A DNA stretch of 64,000 nt, taken from positions 127,914 through 191,913 of the forward strand of contig CAZENF010000003.1 of assembly GCA_964513645.1 (NCBI GenBank), written 5' to 3'. This document shows positions 55,198 to 64,000 of the stretch, one piece after another (the stretch's first letter is position 1; each line of letters opens with the position of its first letter). The notes below the pieces were generated by a model. The model made no database searches, was not told the origin of the DNA, and saw only the letters and a list, made by a program, of their open reading frames with translations. The position numbers were made by a program, and so were the translations under genes. Origin of the DNA: an uncultured Candidatus Saccharibacteria bacterium (GTDB lineage Bacteria; Patescibacteriota; Minisyncoccia; 2-02-FULL-40-12; GWA2-44-9).

Positions 55198-56643
55198 TTA
55201 TTCCCAGCTTGAGAACCAAACTCTGGCGTGGAAGGCCTTATCTGATAAAGGTGTGCCGTAGCTTAGAGGCGCGAAATAGATGAAAGAAATTACTGCAAGT
55301 ACAACCAGGACCAAAAACATTTTCTGGGGATCTTTTTTAACCGAAAGTTTACCGTGTTTATGTGTAATTTGTTTGAAATAATTATCCAGAAGGTAAGCCA
55401 TGATCATGACGGCAAATATCATCGCCGAAAGATAGTGGTAGAGAAACATTATTCTTTTTATCCCGACATAGGGCAGAAGGTCGAGGATGTATCCTGAAAT
55501 AAGGATAAAAAGAATTGGGGTTACATATTCGGACCTGCTCTCATATCTTCTAAGTTTTTTCCAGAGATAACCGCCGATGAGAAGTAAGGAATAAAGTATC
55601 GCGACGCTCGATGACCACCAGACAACGGGATTGCCGATGAAATAGATGCGTGAATAACCTGGGTCGGGCGGGGTGACAGATGAACTGACCCAGTAATATA
55701 TCGGTCTGAACATGAACGGCCAGGTGTACCATAAACTTGAATAGGGATGGGTTGCGGTCAGGCCCTGATTGACCAGGTACATTTGTTTGTTAAGTTCCCA
55801 GAAACGGCTGAAAATGTTCGGTACTTCTATGTTCGGATCGTTCTGATATTGGTTGCCGTCGAGGGTTTTTTGATAGCCTGCGCTCATGAATGCATCGCCG
55901 GTGCCGGACCTATGCAGTATTCCCGCGTAAGCCATTACTGCTGAAAAATAAACTATGACCGGTACGACAACCAAAGCTACGAGAGTTGTCAGGGTTTTCA
56001 GGTTTTTAAGATAGCCAAACCCGTTCCGGAACATATTTTTTAAAATATCCAATCCTTCAAAAATTACCGGGACCGCAAAGAACGAAAGGCCGACCCATTT
56101 TACCGCAAACGAACAACCGGCAAATACTCCGGTCAGAAACAGGAATTTTTTCTTATGGGTATTCCGATATTTGAAATAGAATAAAAGCGAGAGAAAACCA
56201 TAAAGCAATAGGAAACCGTCCATTAACAGAAAACGTGTCTGGACCAGAAGACCGTTATCGAACACGAGCAATAACGCCCCCAGAAATGAAGTAAAAGGGG
56301 TTATGCCGAGTTCGAGCATTATCAGATAAACTACCGTCGGTAGAACGGCTCCGGCCAGAGACGGCAGGAATCTAAGGATAAAATATTGTTTATCCGGATA
56401 TGTTTCGCCGATATTCTCGAAAGAAAAATTCGGCTGATAGTTCATAAGTTTTGCAAAACCGGAGATTGTCATTCTGGCTAAGGGCGGATGGCCGTCAAAA
56501 TGAAAAGTTCCTTTGATATAGTCATTTACGTGGCGGCCGTACCAGACCTCATCGAAAACAACCTGATTCGGATTGCCATAATAAAGAAAATGGACTAAAA
56601 GTCCGGCGGTTATCAGAACGACGATATATAGTTTATTATTCAT
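55198..56643 (-). CDS. PMT family (GT39) phospholipid-carrier-dependent protein O-mannosyltransferase homolog
   Basis: YIVVLITAGLLVHFLYYGNPNQVVFDEVWYGRHVNDYIKGTFHFDGHPPLARMTISGFAKL: conserved DE motif in loop 1 and HPPL block of PMT/GT39; polytopic 481 aa. Confidence 0.75.
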   Translation of the reverse strand: MNNKLYIVVLITAGLLVHFLYYGNPNQVVFDEVWYGRHVNDYIKGTFHFDGHPPLARMTISGFAKLMNYQPNFSFENIGETYPDKQYFILRFLPSLAGAVLPTVVYLIMLELGITPFTSFLGALLLVFDNGLLVQTRFLLMDGFLLLYGFLSLLFYFKYRNTHKKKFLFLTGVFAGCSFAVKWVGLSFFAVPVIFEGLDILKNMFRNGFGYLKNLKTLTTLVALVVVPVIVYFSAVMAYAGILHRSGTGDAFMSAGYQKTLDGNQYQNDPNIEVPNIFSRFWELNKQMYLVNQGLTATHPYSSLWYTWPFMFRPIYYWVSSSVTPPDPGYSRIYFIGNPVVWWSSSVAILYSLLLIGGYLWKKLRRYESRSEYVTPILFILISGYILDLLPYVGIKRIMFLYHYLSAMIFAVMIMAYLLDNYFKQITHKHGKLSVKKDPQKMFLVLVVLAVISFIYFAPLSYGTPLSDKAFHARVWFSSWE

Positions 56644-56673
56644 CCAGGGTATAGTATATTAATTTAAGATATT

Positions 56674-58350
56674 ATGTTCAGGATATTAAAACAATCGGTA
56701 AAAAGCCACCTTTATTACATACTCTTCTTAATTCTAACGCTCGGAACTTATTTTTCAATACTCTTCTCGAAGATACTGTATTTTAAGGATGATGGTATAT
56801 ATGCCGGCCATGTGAATGTCTGGAGCGATTGGGCTCTTCATATCGCGATTGCAAATATTTTCGCTTTCAAAAGTCCTCGGTATTGGTTCGCTTATCATCC
56901 GCTTTATGCCGGCGGCAAGTTCACTTATCCTTTTATGGCTGATATGCTGTCGGGATTTTTAATGCGGCTTGGACTGCCACTAAGACCGGCTTTTATTTTG
57001 CCTTCTGTTCTGATGGTGCTGGTTTTGCTGACCGGTCTTTATTTTTTAATGTATCTTCTGACCCGTTCCAAAAAACTGGCTGTGGTCGCAGTTATGATAT
57101 TTTTTCTGGCCGGTGGATTGGGTTTTATTGATTTTTTGAGAGATGCCTGGCAAAATCACTCGTTCTCTTTTCTGCCTTCAAACATAATGCTTGATTACGG
57201 CCGCCATGATAATTACCAGTGGTATGCCGGAAGTATGGTTGACGGATTGCTTCTGCCTCAACGTGCATTTCTGTTCGGTACGGCTTTGGGAGTCTGGGCT
57301 ATTTTAGGTCTTTTTTATGTTGTTTCAAGAGAAGACAAATTGGCAAAAAATATTAAGACAAATATATTAATTGTTGCCGGTATTTTGGCTGGAATACTGC
57401 CCGTGACCCATGCCCACAGTTTTATTGCCGTCATGGTCACCACCGGACTTTTGTGTTTTTTTAATATAAAAAAATGGATGCTCCTCTGGCCTTACGTTGC
57501 TGTTGCCGGCGTTATCTCATCCGTTCTTTATCTCACGTTCATTTCAGGCGGAATTCAGTCCGGTTCGTTTATCCAGAACCACTTAGGATATACCTCACAA
57601 GGTGATTTCTTTGACTGGTTGAGAATGTGGACCTTATTGTGGGGACTGATGCTCCCGATTGTCATGCTCGCTTTGTTTTTTTTCAGAAAAGAAATAGGAA
57701 CTTCGGGCTGGGCGTTGTATGCGGGGGCGGGCGCTCTTTTTGTGGCGGGAAATATTTTTTATTTTCAGCCGATCGCCTGGGATAATTCAAAAATTTTCTG
57801 GTGGGTTTATCTTCTGTTTTGTGCTCCGGCGGCGATGATACTCGGTAAACTTTGGTCAGGCAGGAACTTTATCTTGAGAGCGACGGCAGTTTTTATTTTT
57901 ACCACCCTTATTTTTACCGGCGTGGTTGATCTGGTCGGTCTTATTCAGATAGACAAGCATAGTTATCAGATGACCTCGGCCGAAGACATGAAACTTGGTT
58001 CCGAGATAAGCCAAAAAACCGACCCTGTGGCGGTTTTCCTTACTGCGCCGTCCCACAATCATTTCATCATGATCTGGGGTATGCGGCCGATACTGATGGG
58101 CTATACGGCCTGGGTCTGGAATTTTGGATTTAATTATAATCAACGTGAAGCCGACTTGAAACAAATGTTCTTAGGCGGAGATAACGCGCCTTCATTGTTA
58201 AAAAAATACAACATCAGCTATGTTGCCATCGGGCCGACCGAACTCCATGACCTGAACGCGAACGAACAATATTTTAAAGGTAATTTTCCTTTAGCTTTCA
58301 AAGATAATAATTACAATATTTATGATACGCGGACTGTTTTAGGACGTTAG
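56674..58350 (+). CDS. Polytopic membrane protein, uncharacterised (candidate GT-C-type glycosyltransferase)
   Basis: 558 aa with at least 11 predicted TM helices; acidic KDDGIYAGH block in the first loop; flanked by PMT and Dpm1 homologs. Confidence 0.35.
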   Translation: MFRILKQSVKSHLYYILFLILTLGTYFSILFSKILYFKDDGIYAGHVNVWSDWALHIAIANIFAFKSPRYWFAYHPLYAGGKFTYPFMADMLSGFLMRLGLPLRPAFILPSVLMVLVLLTGLYFLMYLLTRSKKLAVVAVMIFFLAGGLGFIDFLRDAWQNHSFSFLPSNIMLDYGRHDNYQWYAGSMVDGLLLPQRAFLFGTALGVWAILGLFYVVSREDKLAKNIKTNILIVAGILAGILPVTHAHSFIAVMVTTGLLCFFNIKKWMLLWPYVAVAGVISSVLYLTFISGGIQSGSFIQNHLGYTSQGDFFDWLRMWTLLWGLMLPIVMLALFFFRKEIGTSGWALYAGAGALFVAGNIFYFQPIAWDNSKIFWWVYLLFCAPAAMILGKLWSGRNFILRATAVFIFTTLIFTGVVDLVGLIQIDKHSYQMTSAEDMKLGSEISQKTDPVAVFLTAPSHNHFIMIWGMRPILMGYTAWVWNFGFNYNQREADLKQMFLGGDNAPSLLKKYNISYVAIGPTELHDLNANEQYFKGNFPLAFKDNNYNIYDTRTVLGR

Positions 58351-59058
58351 CCTGGGGCCGGAAACAGTTCGGCCAGTCAATCTGAACAAAAGGATCTCTT
58401 TAACCGCCCGCAATATAACTTTTACATTCGCTCCGGTTTGTTTGCCTGCAGTGCGAGGATAGTGGGTGACGGGGAGTTGCTTAATCTTGTAACCCATCCG
58501 TTTGGCCCTAACCAGAAGTTCTGTGTTTATCAGAGCGCCGTTAGATTCGAGATGAGCTTTTTCAATCACTTCACGTTTTATTAATTTGAAAGCACAGTCG
58601 ATATCTTTGACCCAAAGGCCGAACAAAATATTTACCGCTAACTTAAAAGTTCCGGCGTTGAGCTTACGTATGAAAGGATCCTGACGGTCGTGGCGGTATC
58701 CGATGACCAGGTCATATTTATCGGCGTATTCACCGAGCTTAGCTATCTCTTTAATATCAAATTGCCTATCTGAATCTGTAAAGAAAACCCAGTCTTTCCG
58801 GGCGGCATCAAAACCGCTTCTGACTGCCGCTCCATAGCCACGGTTTTTAATGTGATGAACCCACCTTATCCGGTCGTCTTCACGGTTTAATTTTTCCAGA
58901 ATCTCCTGGGTGTTATCGCTACTTCCGTCGTTAACTGTGATTACCTCGTAATCCCAACCCAAACTTTCCATGCAATTTTGGATATCTTTTATTAAAAGAG
59001 GCAGATTCTCGGCTTCGTTGTGGGCGGGCAGAACAATGCTTAAACTTAATTTGTTCAT
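58339..59058 (-). CDS. Polyprenol-phosphate mannose synthase (GT2, Dpm1/Ppm1-like)
   Basis: LSIVLPAHNEAENLPLLI, VITVNDGSSDNT, FFTDSDRQ (DXD), GYRHDRQDPFIRKL; 239 aa soluble GT-A. Confidence 0.8.
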   Translation of the reverse strand: MNKLSLSIVLPAHNEAENLPLLIKDIQNCMESLGWDYEVITVNDGSSDNTQEILEKLNREDDRIRWVHHIKNRGYGAAVRSGFDAARKDWVFFTDSDRQFDIKEIAKLGEYADKYDLVIGYRHDRQDPFIRKLNAGTFKLAVNILFGLWVKDIDCAFKLIKREVIEKAHLESNGALINTELLVRAKRMGYKIKQLPVTHYPRTAGKQTGANVKVILRAVKEILLFRLTGRTVSGPRLTS

Positions 59059-60434
59059 TTATGTATCTTAAACAATTTTTCCATTAATATCCCGGCCTGA
59101 TATTGAGCCGGGGTTGAACTGACGCCGTAGCTTAAAGGGGCCATAAGGAAGAAAGCTATAATTGAGAAGACGGCCAGGAAACTGAATAATTTCATGCCTT
59201 TTTCCTGACGGGACAGCCAATAAGATAAGATAATAATAGCAAAAACAAGCGCGGCCAGGTAGTGATATAGGAACATTGTCCGCTTGATAGTTACGAAAGG
59301 TAAAAGATTTGCAAAATAACCTCCCAAAAGCAGAAGTTCTGTTTTGCGTCCAGGATTTGGCCGGAAACTTAAATTTCCAAACAAGAGCATGATCACGGTG
59401 GCCGTTCCAAAAGACCAGACAATTGGATTGCCCATCAGATCGATCTGTGGACCATTGGCCGGAGTATTCTCATCCGCGACCCAGTAATCTATCGAGCCGG
59501 CCATCAACGGCCACTCGAACCATTTGCTTGCAAAAGGATGTCCGACGTTGTTGTGGTTATTTGATTCATACATTGCAATATTTATTTCGAAGAATTTTTG
59601 CAGTACACTGGATGGCTTTACCGACGCGTCGGAAGCGTAATTATTATCCTCAAGGGTTTTACGAAAACCAGGTCCGACGGCGGTATCGGCCGGACTATCT
59701 TTATAAAGAAGGCGGAAATCAATGCCAAAGATCGTAAAATAAATCACGACAGGAATTACTATGAATGCGGCGATAAGCAGAAATACTTTTTTAAATTCAA
59801 ACGTCCTCAAACCGTCCCGGTTTATTTCTGATATCATTTCGTAGCCCTCGAACAATAGAGGCAGACCTAAGAAAGAAAGGCCGGTCCATTTGATAGACAA
59901 AGCCAATCCGGCAAATATCCCCGAAGCCAGAAGATGGTAAGTGTCTTTAGTGTTTCGATATTTAAGATAAAAGAGGAAGGAGGTAAAACCGAACAAGAGA
60001 AGGAATGCGTCGAGTAATATATAATGCGACTGGACAAAAACCCCGTTCTCGAAAGTTACTAAAAGTCCTCCCAAAAAAGCCGGCTGATACTCAAGCCCAA
60101 GCTCGATAAGTATCAGGAACATAACGACCGGCAGAAGCGCTCCGGCCAGGTTAGGCAGGGCGCGGAGTATCATGTATTGTTTGTCCGGATAAACGTCTCC
60201 GATATTGGCGAAAGCAAACCCCGGCTTGAAATCGAACAGTTTAGCAAAACCTGCTATCATCATTTTTCCCAAAGGGGGATGGATATCGAAATAGAATTGG
60301 TGCGTGAAGTAAGATGAGACAAATTTACCGAAATGGACCTCGTCAAACACGACCTTATCCGGTTGCGTCAGGAAGATAAAATGCGTCAAAAGGCCAAGCG
60401 CCAGGAGAGTTAGTAAATAGTATTTTTTGGTCAT
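59055..60434 (-). CDS. PMT family (GT39) protein O-mannosyltransferase homolog, second paralog
   Basis: YYLLTLLALGLLTHFIFLTQPDKVVFDEVHFGKFVSSYFTHQFYFDIHPPLGKMMIAGFAKL; collinear with 55198..56643; overlaps the dpm1-like gene by 4 nt. Confidence 0.75.
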   Translation of the reverse strand: MTKKYYLLTLLALGLLTHFIFLTQPDKVVFDEVHFGKFVSSYFTHQFYFDIHPPLGKMMIAGFAKLFDFKPGFAFANIGDVYPDKQYMILRALPNLAGALLPVVMFLILIELGLEYQPAFLGGLLVTFENGVFVQSHYILLDAFLLLFGFTSFLFYLKYRNTKDTYHLLASGIFAGLALSIKWTGLSFLGLPLLFEGYEMISEINRDGLRTFEFKKVFLLIAAFIVIPVVIYFTIFGIDFRLLYKDSPADTAVGPGFRKTLEDNNYASDASVKPSSVLQKFFEINIAMYESNNHNNVGHPFASKWFEWPLMAGSIDYWVADENTPANGPQIDLMGNPIVWSFGTATVIMLLFGNLSFRPNPGRKTELLLLGGYFANLLPFVTIKRTMFLYHYLAALVFAIIILSYWLSRQEKGMKLFSFLAVFSIIAFFLMAPLSYGVSSTPAQYQAGILMEKLFKIHK

Positions 60435-60485
60435 TGGCGTTATGATATACTATATAGGTACAAAATTAAACCTCTAATAAATTTT

Positions 60486-61457
60486 ATGTTCGACCTCATC
60501 ATAATCGGCGGTTCGGCAGCTGCTACGACAGCGGCGATATACGGCGTCAGGCGCGGCCTTAAGTTAAAAATGCTCGCTAAAGATTTCGGCGGAGAAGTTG
60601 CAACTTCAGGTGATATCGGCAATTGGCCGGGCGAAGGCATGACGGATGGCATAACTTTAGCCGGTAAATTTAAAGACCACCTCAAACACTACAATGTCGA
60701 TATGGAAGAAGGGGTCTGGGTTGAAAAAATAGCCAAAGAAGAAGACGGAACTTTTTGTATCTCGACCAACAAGGGCAAATCAAATATGGCCGTGGACAAA
60801 ATGGCCTCTGACACGGCCGGAGGTCTTAAATGTGATTACAAAGCCAAAACCGTCATTGTTGCAACCGGGGTTCATCCCAGAGAACTCGATATTCCGGGTG
60901 AAAAAGAATACCGCAACAAGGGTGTCAGTTATTGCTCTACCTGTGATATGCCTTTGTTCATGGGCAAGACAGTAGCTGTGATAGGAGGCGGTAATTCTGC
61001 CCTCGAGTCCGGTCTGATGGCGGTTGATATTGCTAAAAAGGCCTACATCATAAACAAAAACGCTGTTTTCAAGGGCGATGACGTTTTGCTTAAAAAATTA
61101 GAAGCCGCAAAAGATAAAGTTGAAATAATTTACGAGGCCAAAACAAGCAGGGTCACAGGGGACAAGTTTGTAAATTCGTTGATGTATACTGATAAGAACG
61201 GAAAAGAACACGAGCTAAAAGTTGACGGGATATTTGTTCATATCGGCATGGTGCCGAATTCTGACCTTGTGCCGGATGATGTAGAAAAAAGCAAATTCGG
61301 AGAGATAAAGGTTAACAATAAATGCGAGACGAATATTCCCGGCCTATATGCTGCCGGTGATGTAACGGACGTGGCTTTTAAACAGATAGTTATCGCAGCC
61401 GGCCAGGGTTGTATGGCGGCGTTGAGCGCGGTCCAGTATCTTAATCAAATGAAATAA
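60486..61457 (+). CDS. trxB: Thioredoxin-disulfide reductase-like FAD/NAD(P) oxidoreductase
   Basis: DLIIIGGSAAATTAAIYG (FAD GxGxxA), redox-active CSTCDMPLF, TVAVIGGGNSALE (NADPH site), GIFVHIGMVPN, AAGDV. Confidence 0.75.
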   Translation: MFDLIIIGGSAAATTAAIYGVRRGLKLKMLAKDFGGEVATSGDIGNWPGEGMTDGITLAGKFKDHLKHYNVDMEEGVWVEKIAKEEDGTFCISTNKGKSNMAVDKMASDTAGGLKCDYKAKTVIVATGVHPRELDIPGEKEYRNKGVSYCSTCDMPLFMGKTVAVIGGGNSALESGLMAVDIAKKAYIINKNAVFKGDDVLLKKLEAAKDKVEIIYEAKTSRVTGDKFVNSLMYTDKNGKEHELKVDGIFVHIGMVPNSDLVPDDVEKSKFGEIKVNNKCETNIPGLYAAGDVTDVAFKQIVIAAGQGCMAALSAVQYLNQMK

Positions 61458-61897
61458 TGATATACCTCGGTTCCGACCATCGTGGATTTGAATTTAAGGA
61501 TAAATTAAAAAACACTCTGACAGAGTGGAGTTATGAGTTTGAGGATTTGGGTCCGTCCGAATACAACAAAGATGACGATTACCCGGATTATGCGGCCGTA
61601 GTTGGTGAAGCAGTGGCTGGTAAGGAAGACGCCAAGGGTATTCTCATCTGCGGTTCCGGCATTGGCGTTTGTATAGCAGCGAACAAGATAAAAGGCGTCC
61701 GGGCGGGAACGATGTCTACCCCCGAACAAACCAAGGCCTCGGTGTCAGACGAGGATACGAATGTACTTTGCTTATCGGCGGATTATACGGATGAGAAGGT
61801 GAGACTCGAGATAATTAAAACATTCCTTGAAACTAAATTCTCTGGCCTCGAAAGGCACGTCCGGCGGGTAAATAAAATAAAAAATCTCGAAAAATGA
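61457..61897 (+). CDS. rpiB: Ribose-5-phosphate isomerase B (RpiB/LacAB family)
   Basis: MIYLGSDHRGFEFKDKL, ILICGSGIGVCIAANKIKGVRAG. Confidence 0.85.
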   Translation: MIYLGSDHRGFEFKDKLKNTLTEWSYEFEDLGPSEYNKDDDYPDYAAVVGEAVAGKEDAKGILICGSGIGVCIAANKIKGVRAGTMSTPEQTKASVSDEDTNVLCLSADYTDEKVRLEIIKTFLETKFSGLERHVRRVNKIKNLEK

Positions 61898-62532
61898 CAG
61901 ATATAATTCCCGCGATTCTGACCGATTCTCCTGAAAAGTTCAAAGAACTGGTTCGCCGTTTCGAACCCTATGCCAAAAGAATTCACATTGATTGTGCGGA
62001 CGGGAATTTTGTGCCCAATCAAACCGTTAAAGCTTTTGAGCTTATCCCGTTGATAGAATCAGCTTCAAGATACGATATTCATCTGATGGTCCGTGAGCCG
62101 GCCCAGCATCTCAAACAATGGTTCTATACTCACGCTGACAGATTTATAATTCACGCTGAATCGGAAGGCGACCTGCTTAAAATAACCGATGAATTTCACA
62201 AGCATAACCGCAAGGTCGGTTTAGCGTTTAATCCCGAGACGGATATTGGTAGTTTTGAGGATATAATCAAGAACTTTGATTTTGTTCAGTTCATGACCGT
62301 TCACCCTGGTTTTCAGGGCGGGAAATTTGTAAAAGAAGTTGTTGATAAAATCTCGGCTTTTCATCAGAAATATCCTGATATAATGATTATGGCCGATGGC
62401 GGGATAACTCCCGAAACTGCTCCTCAATTAGCCAAGGCCGGAGTATCGTCCCTGGTTTCCGGCAGTTATTTAGTTAAGAGCAAAAATTTCGAGGAATCAA
62501 TCAATGAACTAAAAAATTCATGTACGACATAA
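61894..62532 (+). CDS. rpe: Ribulose-phosphate 3-epimerase family protein
   Basis: IIPAILTDSPEKF, IHIDCADGNFVPNQT, IHLMVREP, MADGGI; overlaps rpiB by 4 nt. Confidence 0.7.
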   Translation: MTDIIPAILTDSPEKFKELVRRFEPYAKRIHIDCADGNFVPNQTVKAFELIPLIESASRYDIHLMVREPAQHLKQWFYTHADRFIIHAESEGDLLKITDEFHKHNRKVGLAFNPETDIGSFEDIIKNFDFVQFMTVHPGFQGGKFVKEVVDKISAFHQKYPDIMIMADGGITPETAPQLAKAGVSSLVSGSYLVKSKNFEESINELKNSCTT

Positions 62533-63500
62533 TTTCCATCGGTTCTGCGACCCGCGACGTATTCTTCGGAGCCGATGATATCAAAAAATTCAAGATGGAT
62601 GAGTTTCCGACCGGCGAGGCGGTCTGTTTAGGCTACGGCTCAAAGATAGAGATGAAAAAAATCGTCCTGACCTCAGGCGGCGGGGGTACGAATGCTGCGG
62701 TTACCTTTGCCCGTCAGGGCCTTAAGACAGCCAATATCGGAGTAGTCGGTAAGGACTTTAACGGTACTGAGATACTCAATGAGTTAAAAAGCGAAGGCAT
62801 AGATGTGAGTCATTTTCAGAAACATGAGGATGACCTCACGGCCTATTCTGTCATCCTTGTTCATCCGGACGGCGAAAGGACGATATTATCATATAAAGGC
62901 GAAGGCCAGCATTTTGAAGCGGCTAAAATAGATTTTGATAAACTTCAATCAAAATGGCTTTTCCTCGATAGCTTGGGCGGCCATTTGGATTTTCTTGAAA
63001 AAGCGGTCAATTGGGCCAACAAGAACGGCGTCAAAATTGCCACCAATCCCGGCGGCAGAGAACTTGCCCAAGGCCTTGAAAAATTAAAACCATTTTTAAA
63101 AAATTACTCCATCGTGATAATGAATCAGGAGGAAGCGGCCGGACTCTCGGGTATAGATTATAAGAATGAGTCAGAGATATTTAAATTTATGGACAAGCTT
63201 ATCGGCGGGATATTTGTTATGACCAAAGGACCGGAAGGGGTTGTGGTCTCGGACGGCAAAAATATATATTCGGCCGGGGTACCGGATTCGCCGGTCGTTG
63301 AGAGGACCGGGGCTGGGGATGCGTTCAGTTCAGGTTTCGTGGTAGAATACATTAGGTCAGGTGATATTGTGAAGGCAGTACAGTTTGCGACCGCTAATTC
63401 TTCTTCGGTCGTGACCCAGTATGGTGCTAAAGCCGGAATTTTGAAAAAAGGAGATTGGGGACCATGGAAATTGGTAGATGTGTCCGTAAAACCGGTATAA
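62520..63500 (+). CDS. PfkB family carbohydrate kinase (ribokinase-like)
   Basis: GGGGTNAAVTFARQG (PfkB signature 1), TGAGDAFSSGFV (signature 2, catalytic Asp). Confidence 0.8.
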   Translation: MYDIISIGSATRDVFFGADDIKKFKMDEFPTGEAVCLGYGSKIEMKKIVLTSGGGGTNAAVTFARQGLKTANIGVVGKDFNGTEILNELKSEGIDVSHFQKHEDDLTAYSVILVHPDGERTILSYKGEGQHFEAAKIDFDKLQSKWLFLDSLGGHLDFLEKAVNWANKNGVKIATNPGGRELAQGLEKLKPFLKNYSIVIMNQEEAAGLSGIDYKNESEIFKFMDKLIGGIFVMTKGPEGVVVSDGKNIYSAGVPDSPVVERTGAGDAFSSGFVVEYIRSGDIVKAVQFATANSSSVVTQYGAKAGILKKGDWGPWKLVDVSVKPV

Positions 63501-63696
63501 AAAAGCCCCACCCAGATTTCTCTGAATGGGGCTCGACGACAACGCCGGCGCCGCGGACGTGGATTATATGCCCTTCCACCGAATCGGGGTTCTCACATTG
63601 AGCCTCCTTCCTTGAAGAACTGACAGATCGGATCGACTCCGAACTGTTCGGTAAGAGTATATCATAAATCACATAGTTTTGTCAATAGATTAAAAT

Positions 63697-64000
63697 ATGG
63701 AAAATTCATATACAAAAATAGCAAAAATGCTCCGTATCTCCCCGGGAGATCTTTTGAACATTGACCAGAAAATGTCCGCAATAACGGGTCAGAAGGGCGT
63801 AATGGACGCAATTGCCCAGGAATCGGATGAACTGGTCAAGAAAAATTTAAATGAGCTTGGTCTGGCCAAAGATGCCACGGCCGAGGAGGTATATCGGGTT
63901 TTGATAAACCGTCTTACCCATCTTGATAATCATCTTTTCGAACTTTTAGGCAAGCCGGACCTGATGAGCATGTCCGCGACCTGCGGTAAGATGTGCGAAG
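63697..64000 (+). CDS. Hypothetical protein, 5' portion only (runs off the window end)
   Basis: ATG at 63697, open frame to the end of the window (MENSYTKIAKMLRISPGDLLNIDQKMSAITGQKG...); not in the supplied track because no stop is reached. Confidence 0.3.
   Translation, partial: MENSYTKIAKMLRISPGDLLNIDQKMSAITGQKGVMDAIAQESDELVKKNLNELGLAKDATAEEVYRVLINRLTHLDNHLFELLGKPDLMSMSATCGKMCE

Noticed and set aside
63427-63672. 81-aa minus-strand ORF in the GC-rich intergenic region after the PfkB kinase
   Set aside because: Overlaps the kinase 3' end; no RBS; more plausibly a reading through a structured or GC-rich non-coding region.
1-64000. tRNA genes, rRNA, CRISPR arrays, transposases/integrases
   Set aside because: All intergenic gaps longer than 60 nt were scanned by eye for GTTC-R-A T-loops, acceptor-stem symmetry, repeat-spacer periodicity and DDE/tyrosine recombinase motifs; none found. 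The IR element at 12749-13259 has no transposase.

Overview
This is an AT-rich (about 42% GC), densely coding bacterial window. The gene content fits a small-genome Patescibacteria/CPR-like lineage. The evidence for that is an ECF sigma factor followed by a membrane anti-sigma-like protein, a minimal ComG/type IV pilus operon, many fused glycosyltransferases and a sortase; this lineage call is inference. No rRNA, tRNA, CRISPR array or transposase is visible.

The window is organised into the following modules:
- **1-3.5 kb, mannoside catabolism:** a type II PMI-like cupin and three GH130 phosphorylase genes. One is an internally duplicated 2xGH130 fusion and one carries a lysine-rich N-terminal tail.
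- **4.37-5.04 kb, GC-rich island:** a roughly 58% GC island with its own consensus promoter, a small Cys/His protein and a bidirectional terminator.
- **5-8.3 kb:** MurJ, a CheY-like receiver, and an ECF sigma factor with its anti-sigma-like partner.
- **8.4-16.1 kb, glucan and redox genes:** glycogen synthase, a GH57 enzyme and glucose-6-phosphate isomerase. This stretch also holds a methionine sulfoxide repair set (msrA, msrB, TlpA-like thioredoxin) in which msrA and msrB are split by a 500-nt non-coding element made of nested perfect inverted repeats.
- **19.4-24.5 kb, pilus operon:** PilB/ComGA-like ATPase, PilC, three pseudopilins and a 500-aa pilin fused to an LVIVD beta-propeller.
- **25-39.6 kb, glycan assembly cluster:** an overlapping, same-strand cluster built almost entirely of multidomain fusions. 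These are GT2-GT4, a CE4 deacetylase, a 1138-aa triple GT4, GT4-methyltransferase, a 791-aa polytopic membrane protein, a pyruvyltransferase-Wzx flippase fusion and a QueC-like PP-loop ATPase. The cluster is followed by two paralogous secreted GH5-like glycosidases, one carrying three repeated beta-domains and Pro/Thr linkers.
- **45-47 kb:** a Pro/Thr-rich surface protein with a sortase-type sorting signal, next to a sortase.
- **55-60.4 kb, O-mannosylation-like module:** two PMT/GT39 paralogs, a Dpm1-like polyprenol-phosphate mannose synthase and an uncharacterised polytopic membrane protein.
- **Housekeeping:** RRM RNA-binding protein with a structured leader and uORF, endonuclease IV, Tgt, SOD, TrxB, RpiB, Rpe and a PfkB kinase.

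Many intrinsic terminators and several consensus sigma70 promoters can be read directly from the sequence.
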